Shown: positions 44,380 to 56,209 of the stretch, piece after piece | Layout of the letters: every line of letters begins with the position of its first letter | Position numbering within the stretch: the first letter of the stretch is position 1 | NCBI GenBank assembly: GCA_950097015.1 | Contig: CATNEN010000001.1 | Coordinates: forward strand, 7,006,001-7,070,000 | Source: Macrostomum hystrix | Lineage: Eukaryota; Animalia; Platyhelminthes | Direction: 5' to 3' | DNA length: 64,000 nucleotides | Position numbers and translations under genes: made by a program | The notes under the pieces: model-generated | Seen by the model: the letters and a program-made list of their open reading frames with translations, nothing else | Databases searched by the model: none | Told to the model about the DNA's origin: nothing

Positions 44380-46410
44380 CTGAAGGTTCAGGTCCACTTT
44401 CAAATGAAGATTCAGGGAACATTACTACCTGAAGGTTCAGCGTAAACTTCTGACTGAAGATTCAGGGAAGATTACTACCTGAAAGTTCAGGTTAAACTTC
44501 TGACTGAAGGTTCAGGATATATTTCTACCTAAAGGTTCAGGGTACATTTCTACCTGAAGGTTCAGGGTACATTTCTACCTGAAGGTTCAGGGTACATTTC
44601 TACCTGAAGGTTCAGGGTATATTTCTGACTAAACGTTCAGGGTAAATTTCCACCTGAAGGCTCAGGGTAAATTTCTGACTGAAGGTTCAGGGTAAATTTC
44701 TACCTGAAGGTTCAGGGTACATTTCTACCTTAAGGTTCAGGGTACATTTCTACCTTAAGGTTCAGGGTAAATTTCTACCTGAAGGTTCAGGGTACATTTC
44801 TACCTGAAGGTTCAGGGTATATTTCTGACTGAACGTTCAAGGTACATTTCTACCTGAAGGTTCAGGGTACATTTCTAACTGAAAGTTCAAGGTACATTTC
44901 TACCTGAAGGTTCAAGGTACATTTCTACCTGAAGGTTCAGGGTACATTTCTACCTGAAGGTTCAGGGTACATTTCTACCTGAAGGTTTAGGGTACATTTC
45001 TACCTGAAGGTTCAGGGTACATTTCTACCTGAAGGTTCAGGGTACATTTCTACCTGAAGGTTCAGGGTACATTTCTACCTGAAGGTTCAGGGTACATTTC
45101 TACCTGAAGGTTCAGGGTACATTTCTACCTGAAGGTTCAGGGTATATTTCTGACTAAACGTTCAGGGTAAATTTCCACCTGAAGGCTCAGGGTAAATTTC
45201 TGACTGAAGGTTCAGGGTAAATTTCTACCTGAAGGTTCAGGGTACATTTCTACCTTAAGGTTCAGGGTACATTTCTACCTTAAGGTTCAGGGTAAATTTC
45301 TACCTGAAGGTTCAGGGTACATTTCTACCTGAAGGTTCAGGGTATATTTCTGACTGAACGTTCAGGGTACATTTCTACCTGAAGGTTCAGGGTACATTTC
45401 TAACTGAAAGTTCAAGGTACATTTCTACCTGAAGGTTCAAGGTACATTTCTACCTGAAGGTTCAGGGTACATTTCTACCTGAAGGTTCAGGGTACATTTC
45501 TACCTGAAGGTTTAGGGTACATTTCTACCTGAAGGTTCAGGGTACATTTCTACCTGAAGGTTCAGGGTACATTTCTACCTGAAGGTTCAGGGTACATTTC
45601 TAACTGAAGGTTCAAGGTACATTTCTACCTGAAGGTTCAAGGTACATTTCTACCTGAAGGTTCAAGGTACATTTCTACCTGAAGGTTCAGGGTATATTTC
45701 TGACTGAACGTTCAGGGTAAATTTCTGACTGAAGGTTCAGGGTACATTTCTACCTGAAGGTTCAGGGTACATTTCTTCCTGAAGGTTCAAGGTACATTTC
45801 TACCTTAAGGTTCAGGGTACATTTCTACCTGAAGGTTCAGGGTATATTTCTGACTGAACGTTCAGGGTAAATTTCTGACTGAAGGTTCAGGGTACATTTC
45901 TTCCTGAAGGTTCAAGGTACATTTCTACCTGAAGGTTCAGGGTATATTTCTGACTGAACGTTCAGGGTAAATTTCTGACTGAAGGTTCAGGGTACATTTT
46001 TACCTGAAGGTTCAGGGTACATTTCTACCTGAAGGTTCAGGGTACATTTCTACCTGAAGGTTCAGGGTACATTTCTACCTGAAGGTTCAGGGTACATTTC
46101 TACCTGAAGGTTCAGGGTACATTTCTACCTGAAGGTTCAGGGTACATTTCTAACTTAAGGTTCAGGGTACATTTCTACCTGAAGGTTCAGGGTACATTTC
46201 TACCTGAAGCTTCAGGGTACATTTCTAACTTAAGGTTCAGGGTACATTTCTACCTGAAGGTTCAGGGTACATTTCTAACTTAAGGTTCAGGGTACATTTC
46301 TAACTGAAGGTTCAGAGTACTATACTAAATGAAGGATCAGTGTAAATTTCTACCTTAGGTTTCAGGGTCCACTTCAAAATTAAGGTTCAGGGAACATTTC
46401 TGACTGAAGG
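44380..46410. repeat. 25-bp minisatellite (GAAGGTTCAGGGTACATTTCTACCT)
   Basis: About 80 units; a variant block is repeated about 525 bp apart. Confidence 0.96.
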
Positions 46411-48056
46411 TTTTGGAGTAAAACTTAAAATTGAAGTTTTATATTTAATTTTTTAACAAAATCTTAAAGTGTTTTAGTAGAAGGTCAATTTTCAAATTTT
46501 AAATTTTCGTGGATAAAATTATACTCAAATGTTCAGGAACAGAAGCGACTCGAGAAACGCTAGCCAGTAGTTTATGATGCGGAATTTATGGCAATCATTT
46601 CTGCTCATTGACTTGTTATACCGCTATAGAGGGACAGTTATTGTCGCAAAGTCTTCCTTTGAAAGGTAGCAAAGAAGAAAGCATCGGAGGGAGCAGAGGA
46701 AGCACTGTCACATAAAAATGCTCTTCCGCTAATCTACCCCTATTTACCTGTCATTTCAGCTTGGCTGTTCAGATTCCAAGTCTCATTCTCGATTTCATGT
46801 CGCCGCTGAAGAGAATGCTTTTAACGTAGGGCCTATCAGCTTTAGTTACATTATAACTAACTCTTCAGAGACCCGACAACTCAAGGCTTGTTGTGTATTT
46901 ATAGGGGCCAACTTCCGGAAAAATGGTTAACTCCTCAATAATGATAGGAATATAATGCGCCAGTCTTGTTAGGGAAGATTTCGACAAGGGTTCTATGGGA
47001 TGGGGGATATTTTTTCTTACAATAAAGTATCAATATCGGGTTGGATGATAAAGTGATTTATACAATGAGAAGAATGGAACGGGATATGGGGATCGAAACT
47101 TTCATGCTGTATAGTTCCTTTCACTGACAGGACTGAACACAAACACACACACACACACAAACACACAGCATAAGAAGAAGATGATGAAGTCATTACCTCC
47201 TTTTGTATAGGACACTGCATGGCACCAACAATCATCTATGAGCTAGTATCTGTGTCTGTGTGTGTCTTGGGAAAAATGGGAAATTAGTATAATTTTTCAT
47301 TCAGACACACACGCACACATGCACACGCACACAATGGGATTGGGAAGGAAAGGAATGACAAACTAAAATTGTTCCGACTCTCTCTCCCATTCTTTTTCTT
47401 TTCTTTCTGCTTCTAATAGATTACGTGTCTAAAAATGCACATTCACAATGGGCAATAGAAATGGAATAGAAATGGGAGAAAGTTATTGAGGGTAAATTTC
47501 ATCTTGGATCTGGGTTCCGTCGGATCTATATTTTTTAGTCTTACCTTGTGGGATATCGCCACTTCGTTGAATAGATCCCTGGATATTAGGTGAATCTGCA
47601 GTTGAGCACGATGAGCTCAACAGAATCTTCTAGGTTTCTTGGAATGAGATTTCAGTTTGAAAATATTTTTCCAAAAATTTCATTCCATAATGATTTGTTT
47701 TATTTTTAATTAGTAAATCAAAAAATTTTAGAATGATGAAGGATTATCGAATATGTTTTTAGTTAGTTTAAAAAAAGTAACGTACTGTACCTATTTTGCA
47801 ACGCAAGTTACTTTTTGAAGGCAGAGCAAGTTGCATTTTCATAGCAAAGAAAGTTAATTTTTTTGGTAACGCAAAAAATAACTTTGTGTTAGCACATAAT
47901 GTAACAGGTGAATCATTCATTAATGGAAGTCGCTTTCTACTTAACTGTATTTACTTTTTAGTAACGGAAGTTACTATTGAAACTAGCGAAAGTTACTTTC
48001 TTTAAGGAAATTTACATTTTTGTAAATTACGAGTAAAGTAAGTTTTCTCTGTAGAT

Positions 48057-49027
48057 CAGGGGTCGGCAAACTCCGGCCCGCGGGCCAGATGCGGCCCTCG
48101 AAGCTCCTGAATCCGGCCCGTTGCCCCTTCTGACATCTGAAGGGGCAACTATCTCGTGTCTAATCTCTCCCGTGTCTAATCTCTCCCGTGTCTAATCTCT
48201 CCCATGTCTAATCTCTCCCCTGTCTTATCTCTCCCGTGTCTCATCTCTCCCCTGTCTTATCTCTCCCGTGTCAAATCTCTCCCGTGTCTAATCTCTCCCG
48301 TGTCTAATCTCTCCCGTGTCTAATCTCTCCCGTGTCTAATCTCTCCCGTGTCTAATCTCTCCCGTGTCTCATCTCTCTCGTGTCCCATCTTTCCTGTGTC
48401 TCATCTCTCACGTGTCTAATCTCTCCCGTGTCTAATCTCTCCCGTGTCTAATCTCTCCCGTGTCTAATCTCTCCCGTGTCTAATCTCTCCCGTGTCTAAT
48501 CTCTCCCGTGTCTAATCTCTCCCGTGTCTAATCTCTCCCGTGTCTAATCTCTCCCGTGTCTAATCTCTCCCGTGTCTAATCTCTCCCATGTCTAATCTCT
48601 CCCCTGTCTTATCTCTCCCGTGTCTCATCTCTCCCCTGTCTTATCTCTCCCGTGTCAAATCTCTCCCGTGTCTAATCTCTCCCGTGTCTAATCTCTCCCG
48701 TGTCTAATCTCTCCCGTGTCTAATCTCTCCCGTGTCTAATCTCTCCCGTGTCTAATCTCTCCCGTGTCTAATCTCTCCCGTGTCTAATCTCTCCCGTGTC
48801 TAATCTCTCCCGTGTCTAATCTCTCCCGTGTCTAATCTCTCCCATGTCTAATCTCTCCCCTGTCTTATCACCCCCATGTCTAATCTCTCCCGTGTCTAAT
48901 CTCTCCCGTGTCTCATCTCTCCCGTGTTTCATCTCTCCCCTATCTCATATTTAAACAGTCAATGCGGCCCGCTTCGTCTTTTAGGTTCTCTCTTTGGCCC
49001 GCCAGCAAATAATATTGCCTAACTCTG
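48057..49027. mobile_element. Non-autonomous hAT (Charlie/SPIN-like) element carrying a 16-bp satellite
   Basis: 8-bp TSD CTGTAGAT (48049-48056, 49028-49035); termini CAGGGGTCGGCAA / TTGCCTAACTCTG; subterminal CGGCCC motifs at both ends. Confidence 0.9.
48150..48947. repeat. 16-bp minisatellite (ATCTCTCCCGTGTCTA) inside the hAT element
   Basis: Tandem periodicity. Confidence 0.95.
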
Positions 49028-50087
49028 CTGTAGATGGACAAAATATTTCTATAAGGTACGCTCGTAGCTTATACTGGCTATTAAAAGCTCTAAGAATTTT
49101 TTTATATCTTAACACGCTTTTGAAATTAAAAATCCCTCGCAATTAATAATCTGCAGTCGCCACGAGTTCCAGATAGATTTAATCCGAATTTAAAGAGGCC
49201 TTCCTTACACTCCTCCCCCAAATGGCATACGCGGGCCAGTGAGCCGGAGAAATAGAGAGAATCGGCCAAGTTACGGACTCGGCCGGGTGTCAAGAAGTCA
49301 TATTGCTGCCCGACGATGCATGATCCCCTACACACACACACACACACACGCACACATCCCCCTGCAGAAGCAGCAAAGATGATGAAGAAGCGGCGCTGGC
49401 CATTGCTGGATAAATCTGCTCCCGGGAATCGTTCAAGCGTGCCGAAATGTAGACTGTGATGAGTTTTGATCCCCTCTGGACGTTTCCCCAGAATCCCTCA
49501 ATTTTCGCTCGCTCACTCTCAACACACTCTCCCTTTCTCCGTAGAGGGGGAGGACTTCCTCAATTCTCTCTTTTATAAGGGAGTGGAAAATCTTTCACCT
49601 ACGAGTCTTCATATATATTGCTCAAGCCGAAATTGACTGTGCGAAACGGGTGTGAGAGAGCCGGTCAGTGTGGCTGTGGTGTGTGTGATCCAGGCAGATT
49701 CAATTTTTTGATTTGATAAAGCCCAACTGAATTTCTCACTTTCACCCCCCACACACTCTCACACACTATATATACGCTACTCCGGAGCCCCAAGTCTCTG
49801 ACGTATGGCTGGCATTGCCGCGTGATAGATAGGGGCTTCGGTCAGTGGGCAGCGGAGCATAATATACATCCTGAGCAGCCAAGACGGGCGGACATTGGTC
49901 CAAAGTCTTTGGGTGGGCGAAGCGGAGAAAAACACTTTTTAATAATCTTCCCGAATGTCAAACCACCGGGTGGAGTTCTTTGATAACTAAATTATCACTG
50001 GGACAGCCGCACACAGCTCTTTATAGATGAAAGAACTCAATCAATCACGCTGGAACACTATGATAGTTGAGATCTGTAAGCGCTGAC

Positions 50088-50515
50088 ATGCTGCTGCTGC
50101 TGCTAGTGCTGCTTTTGCTGTTGCTGCCTTAGATGGATGCTGCCGATTTTTTTAACTTCCCCTGCTTTTGCATCCGCTGCTGTTGTTTCCGCTGCTGCTG
50201 TTACCACTCCTGCTTCCGCTGCTGTTGTTTCCGCTGCTGCTGCTTCCGCTGTTGCTGCTTCCGCTGCTTGTGCTTTAGCTGCTGCTGCTGCTTCCGCTTC
50301 TGCTTCCGCTGCTGCTGCTTCCGCTGTTGCTGCTTCCGCTGCTTATGCTTTAGCTGCTGCTGCTGCTTCCGCTGCTGCATTTTCTTCCGCTGCTACAATT
50401 CTGCTGCTGCAGCTGCTTCCGCTGCTGCTGCTTCCGCTGCTGCTGCTGCTTCCACTGCTACTGCTTCCACTGCTGCTTCTGATACTTCCGCCGCTGCTGC
50501 TGCTTCCGCTACTGT
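50088..50515. repeat. CTG / TTCCGCTGCTG low-complexity repeat
   Basis: Simple repeat. Confidence 0.85.
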
Positions 50516-51055
50516 TGGGTTTCGTGAAATTATGAAGTCCCTTACGCTCGGTTTTTCAGTTCTGATCTCGCTATTAAAATTTCTCATCTCCATTTGACAC
50601 ATTCAATTTGCGTCATGTCATCATGCCATACGGCGGGCTTGTTCAACTGAAGCAGATTTAAAATGCCACCCTAAAGCCTCAGCCAAGCTGCAATCCAATT
50701 ATTCCCATCTGTTCTTCACATCCATTTGATGCGGCAACTCTTGAGACTTGGCATGCCATGATTCTTGTGCTCGCTATTAGATACATGAAGAGCTTGGAAA
50801 TAAAATGAAGGCATAGATCACTTAACTAAACTGCCATAATTTCTGCTTGATCATCGACGAGAATACGAGAATGGAAGTGTCTTAACTCAAAGACATTTGT
50901 GCACCACCGTGGATTTCATTTGGTCAAACGAATAGTTGATTTGCGAAGTTCTGATTGGATTGGCTTTCGTTTTGACCAAATAGTGCCTACGATTCTGCTT
51001 TGATTTGTAAATGTAACTCGTATCATCACATCATCAGTTATCTCTTTATATCGTA

Positions 51056-51730
51056 GCCTTCTCCCTCGCCTTCTCCCTCGCCTTCTCCCTCGCCTTCTCC
51101 CTCGCCTTCTCCATCGCCTTCTCCCTCGCCTTCTCCCTCGCCTTCTCCCTCGCCTTCTCCCTCGCCTTCTCCATCGCCTTCTCCCTCGCCTTCTCCATCG
51201 CCTTCTCCCTCGCCTTCTCCATCGCCTTCTCCCTCGCCTTCTCCCTCGCCTTCTCCATCGCCTTCTCCCTCGCCTTCTCCCTCGCCTTCTCCATCGCCTT
51301 CTCCCTCGCCTTCTCCCTCGCCTTCTCCCTCGCCTTCTCCCTCGCCTTCTCCCTCGCCTTCTCCCTCGCCTTCTCCCTCGCCTTCTCCATCGCCTTCTCC
51401 CTCGCCTTCTCCCTCGCCTTCTCCATCGCCTTCTCCCTCGCCTTCTCCCTCGCCTTCTCCCTCGCCTTCTCCCTCGCCTTCTCCCTCGCCTTCTCCATCG
51501 CCTTCTCCATCGCCTTCTCCCTCGCCTTCTCCATCGCCTTCTCCCTCGCCTTCTCCCTCGCCTTCTCCATCGCCTTCTCCATCGCCTTCTCCCTCGCCTT
51601 CTCCATCGCCTTCTCCATCGCCTTCTCCCTCGCCTTCTCCCTCGCCTTCTCCCTCGCCTTCTCCCTCGCCTTCTCCATCGCCTTCTCCATCGCCTTCTCC
51701 CTCGCCTTCTCCCTCGCCTTCTCCCTCGTC
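51056..51730. repeat. 12-bp pyrimidine-rich repeat (CGCCTTCTCC[C/A]T)
   Basis: Tandem periodicity. Confidence 0.96.
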
Positions 51731-53084
51731 GTCTCCCTCTTCGTCTCCCTCTTTATTCATCATCATCTTCTTCTTCTTGACCTAATCATATTTTCAAATC
51801 AGCAACAATGTCTTTAGCAACAATGGCAATACAGAACTGCATTTACTTGAAGCAGCTTTTGTATCTAATGTTTGCTGCAGCTAATGTTTTATTAGCGTTA
51901 GAGAATCCATTTTTTTAAACAGATTCTGTTTAAAAATGTCTCAATATAAAATTTCACACTCCTCACTTTTGGGCCTTGTACTCGTATTATAGTCACCTAG
52001 TTAATACAAGAAAACTTTCTTCTCTGCATATGTAACGTAATTTTATTAGCAAATCGACAGGGAATTTCTGTACAGATTTTAGCATCTCAAATTGCTTGCA
52101 ATCTGTAATAGACCAGATTTCTTAGTGAAACTTATTTGCTAGCTCATGCGATGTAGAGTTTATAACAATTTTATGACCTCGTTGACGATGAGTTGCTATT
52201 TATAATGTGGGTGTATAAAAGCCCGCATTACCATGTTAAGCTAATTGAACTGGCCAAAACAAGCAGAAACGCAAAAGCATACATTGCTGTTGCTGTCGCA
52301 TGTATTAATTGCAAACTTGTACTCACGAAATTCAGCGAAAAATTGGCGCCAAATTCACCTGTTGATAGGCAGATACATCTCTTTTACCTGTGAATTATTA
52401 TCGATTTTGTTCAGCCTCTTTTTCAAAGATTTGGCAAATAAATATTTTCGCCTATAACAACTGCATGAGCCAACAAATTAATGGCTCATTGTAAATTACT
52501 AAACAACTCGTGATCCGATTACCTGAACTGACTGCAGCTGCAGGGCCAAAAAGATTTGCCGAAAAAAGTAGCGAATTTGTTCTGCGAAAGAAAATTCCTC
52601 GATTATGGAAATTCACGAGAGCGGCGGTAAATGCAGAAACACTATTGTCAACTTACACTTGGTAGATTCATGCATAGAGTCAATTAGTCTTGTCAAGATT
52701 AAATATTACCTATACATGAAAACATAATCTCGGCGATTGAAAATAACCTTCCTATTTGCTTGATGACATTTCCGATTTCCTTAGGAACTAAATATACATT
52801 CTGATTTCTCATATTTGGCAATGTTCACAACAATATGTCAAATGTAAAGCATGTAGTGTTCTCGCTTGTAAGTATACCTAAATGGATATACCTGTTAAGT
52901 ATTACTGGTTCTGTTATCGCTTTTTTACTTAATAAGGTAAGCTATAGTTGTTTTCTTTGATTTTTCCGAAATTCGGACATACTTGGGCCCATTGGTAACT
53001 AACTGTAGTATGGTTATTGAGAGAACTACTGCTTTTTTCGATGACCATTTGGTAGATTGCAAAATGAAGTTTAATAGGATGAAA

Positions 53085-53800
53085 CTGGACTGGACAGGAC
53101 ACAAGACAGGACGCAGGACAGGACATAGGAATGGACAAGAGACAGGACACAAGACAGGATGCAGGACAGGACACAGGACAGGACACAGGACAGGACACAG
53201 GACAGGACACAGGACAGGACACAGGACAGGACACAGGACAGGACACAGGACAGGACACAGGACAGGACACAGGACAGGACACAGGACAGGACACAGGACA
53301 GGACACAGGACACAGGACAGGACACAGGACAGGACACAGGACAGGACACAGGACAGGACACAGGACAGGACACAGGACAGGACACAGGACAGGACACAGG
53401 ACAGGACACAGGACAGGACACAGGACAGGACACAGGACAGGACACAGGACAGGACACAGGACAGGACACAGGACAGGACACAGGACAGGACACAGGACAG
53501 GACACAGGACAGGACACAGGACAGGACACAGGACAGGACACAGGACAGGACACAGGACAGGACACAGGACAGGACACAGGACAGGACACAGGACAGGACA
53601 CAGGACAGGACACAGGACAGGACACAGGACAGGACACAGGACAGGACACAGGATAGGACACAGGACAGGGCACAGGACAGGACACAGGACAGGACACAGG
53701 ACAGGACACAGGACAGGACACAGGACAGGACACAGGACAGGACACAGGACAGGACACAGGACAGGACAAGACAGGATATGGGTAGGTAGGACAGGACGAA
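53085..53800. repeat. 12-bp repeat (GACAGGACACAG)
   Basis: Nearly perfect tandem array. Confidence 0.96.
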
Positions 53801-55519
53801 ACCCAGAAGAAGACACGGGACGGCACAGGAGGTGAGGCGCGGGTGTCGGCGGGGCTGGGAGGTGGGGGCAAGCAACAACCATAGTGGATGCGCCGTCGGC
53901 AGCAGCCAATCAGCTTCCAGCTATAGCGAAGACACGCCATTTGCGACCTCCCTCCCCTCCCCCCAATGGTCTTAGGGATGCTTCGGTCCTTCAGTTTGAG
54001 CGGATGGGGTTGCGGACTGGACAAGATCCTGTCAAGACACTAGGGGAGGGGCTTCGGCTGGGGGAAAATGGGACAGACAGGATAGGAAAAGGAATCAGAG
54101 AAGAGAAGGATAGGGAGGCCAGCCAACCATAGGACTGGTTATCAGCGGCGTGAACCGCCCACCCCTACAGACAACAACCTCAGAGAGTCCGCTCTGCGAC
54201 CCGGAGCGCAAGCATAAAAGCTATCCTTGAAAAATCTCTTCGAATTTGCTTTATTCCGTAGCTGATAATTCGCATGCATTCAGCCGCAACCAAAGTCTTC
54301 TAAATCAAATAATTTCTAGTCGATTGTCTGACGAATCTAAAACGGTTTTGAAGCAAGAATCTTTTCTTCAAGTGAAACGGTGAGTTCACACGATTTTTTT
54401 TCTTTCTGCTTGTGGCATGCCTTGATCCGAGACACGAGACAGACAATGTTCTAGAACATGATTAATCTATCACTTTTAGTTGCTAAGGCTAAACTATAAG
54501 CTAATACTCTTTAAAGTGAGATTCTGCAGTCACGCATCTGGATCTTGTCTGTTGCTTGTGCTAAAAAACGAAGTCTTTTTCGCAAACAGCGCACTGTGAA
54601 ACGCTGTGGGAAAATATCTCATCATATTCTGTTTTACAATATAGCTATAAGCAAAAACACGCCAACAGCTCACGTGGCTGTTTGTTATAGGGCGGTACAA
54701 TCATTTATTTGGCATTGTAAATGGCAGCTGTGGGTCGCATTGCTCCCAGTTCGGGGTTTGAGCACACGTTGAGCAGTGTTTTACAATTGATATGAAACTC
54801 TCTCACACTCACCAGAATTTTCGATTCTTCCCAGACCCACAAAGCAACAGCTTGTCTTATCAACAGAAATCTGCTCAGTTTTCAGTGTTGGACATTGTTT
54901 TTTGTGCGAATATTTTCACACATTGCTTCACATTCTTATCGAGACTCTACTCTGCGTGTTAATGTGTGTAGATGAATCGAGTCAAGCAGAAAATCATTAA
55001 TCTCATATGGAGATTTCTGCTAGAAAATTCTCACTGATATTCTAGCATGATACAGCATCTATGACCGAATGCTTTTTATGACGCGACTAATGAGCCATGC
55101 CATGAGCCATGAATGAGCTGACTTTAATGTGTTTCTGGGGTGGGCATAGCAACCAAGGCCCTATATACAGGAACTGTTGTTCCCATGGTATCTCAGGACA
55201 AATGCAGGACAAATATAGAAATAAGATTTTGCATGCGTGTCGGCAATTTTGAGACAAGACTGACTTTGACAGCTAACTACAATGGGGGTGTAGCGTCATA
55301 AACTCAATTCGCGTGCAACCCCCGCCTCACAAACCTGAGAATTGAAGTGAAAGAACTCGATTCAGTTTTGTTTGCCGCGATTATAAATTGACTGGGCAAA
55401 CCTAGAGAGCATTGCTGGCTAACCAACGGAAGCAAGGGCTGCATATTTCTAGGAAATTGCTTTTTGTTTAGACTTCAAGAATCTCATTTGGATAAAGAAC
55501 CGTAAGTTGAAATATCAAT

Positions 55520-55770
55520 CCTTCCATCTTAAAATCATCTATCCTTCCATCACCTATCCTTCCACCATCTATCCTTCCAAAATCTATCCTTCCATCATCT
55601 ATCCTTCCACCATCTATCCTTCCATCATCTATCCTTCCATCATCTATCATTCCATCATCTATCCTTCCATCATCTATCCTTCCATCATCTATCATTCCAT
55701 CACCTATCATTCCATCACCTATCATTCCATCATCTATCATTCCATCACCTATCATTCCATCACCTATTCA
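55520..55770. repeat. 15-bp repeat (TCCATCATCTATCCT)
   Basis: Tandem periodicity. Confidence 0.9.
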
Positions 55771-56209
55771 ACCTGTAGATGCTGTCTATGGTGGAGCAGG
55801 CAGTGCATGTCTTATTCATAAAGTTATTTGCACCCCAACATAGGAGACATGTATGAGGATACATCCCCATTTTCGCTTCCATCCATCGCTATCCGGATCA
55901 AATTTCGCACATTCGAGTTTTAGATTACTTGGCATTAAAAAGTCACTGCAGTCTATTCCTCAGAGTTTGTCTGTCGTCTTGGTGTGAAAGAATCGAATAA
56001 TTTCATTTCCGTTTTACCACTCAATCACCGAATGTTTCTATTCAATATACAAAATCTGTGTCTCAAATTTCTGAATTCCCAACTTTTTCAACACACTATA
56101 AGAAGATAATTTATTATTACTCTTCGCTTATGCCTGGTAATAATGACTTGCATAATATCATAACACAAATTTCCAGAAAGGACAATACACTTTCTCCAGC
56201 AACCAAGCC

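Noticed and set aside
47775-48045. Repeated GTAAC/GTTAC motifs suggestive of a transposon subterminal region
   Set aside because: No termini or TSD identifiable
50133-53909. Poly-Cys/Ala, (GE)n, (EKAR)n and (CPVS)n ORFs
   Set aside because: Open frames arise from 3- and 12-bp repeats without stops; no splice or domain support
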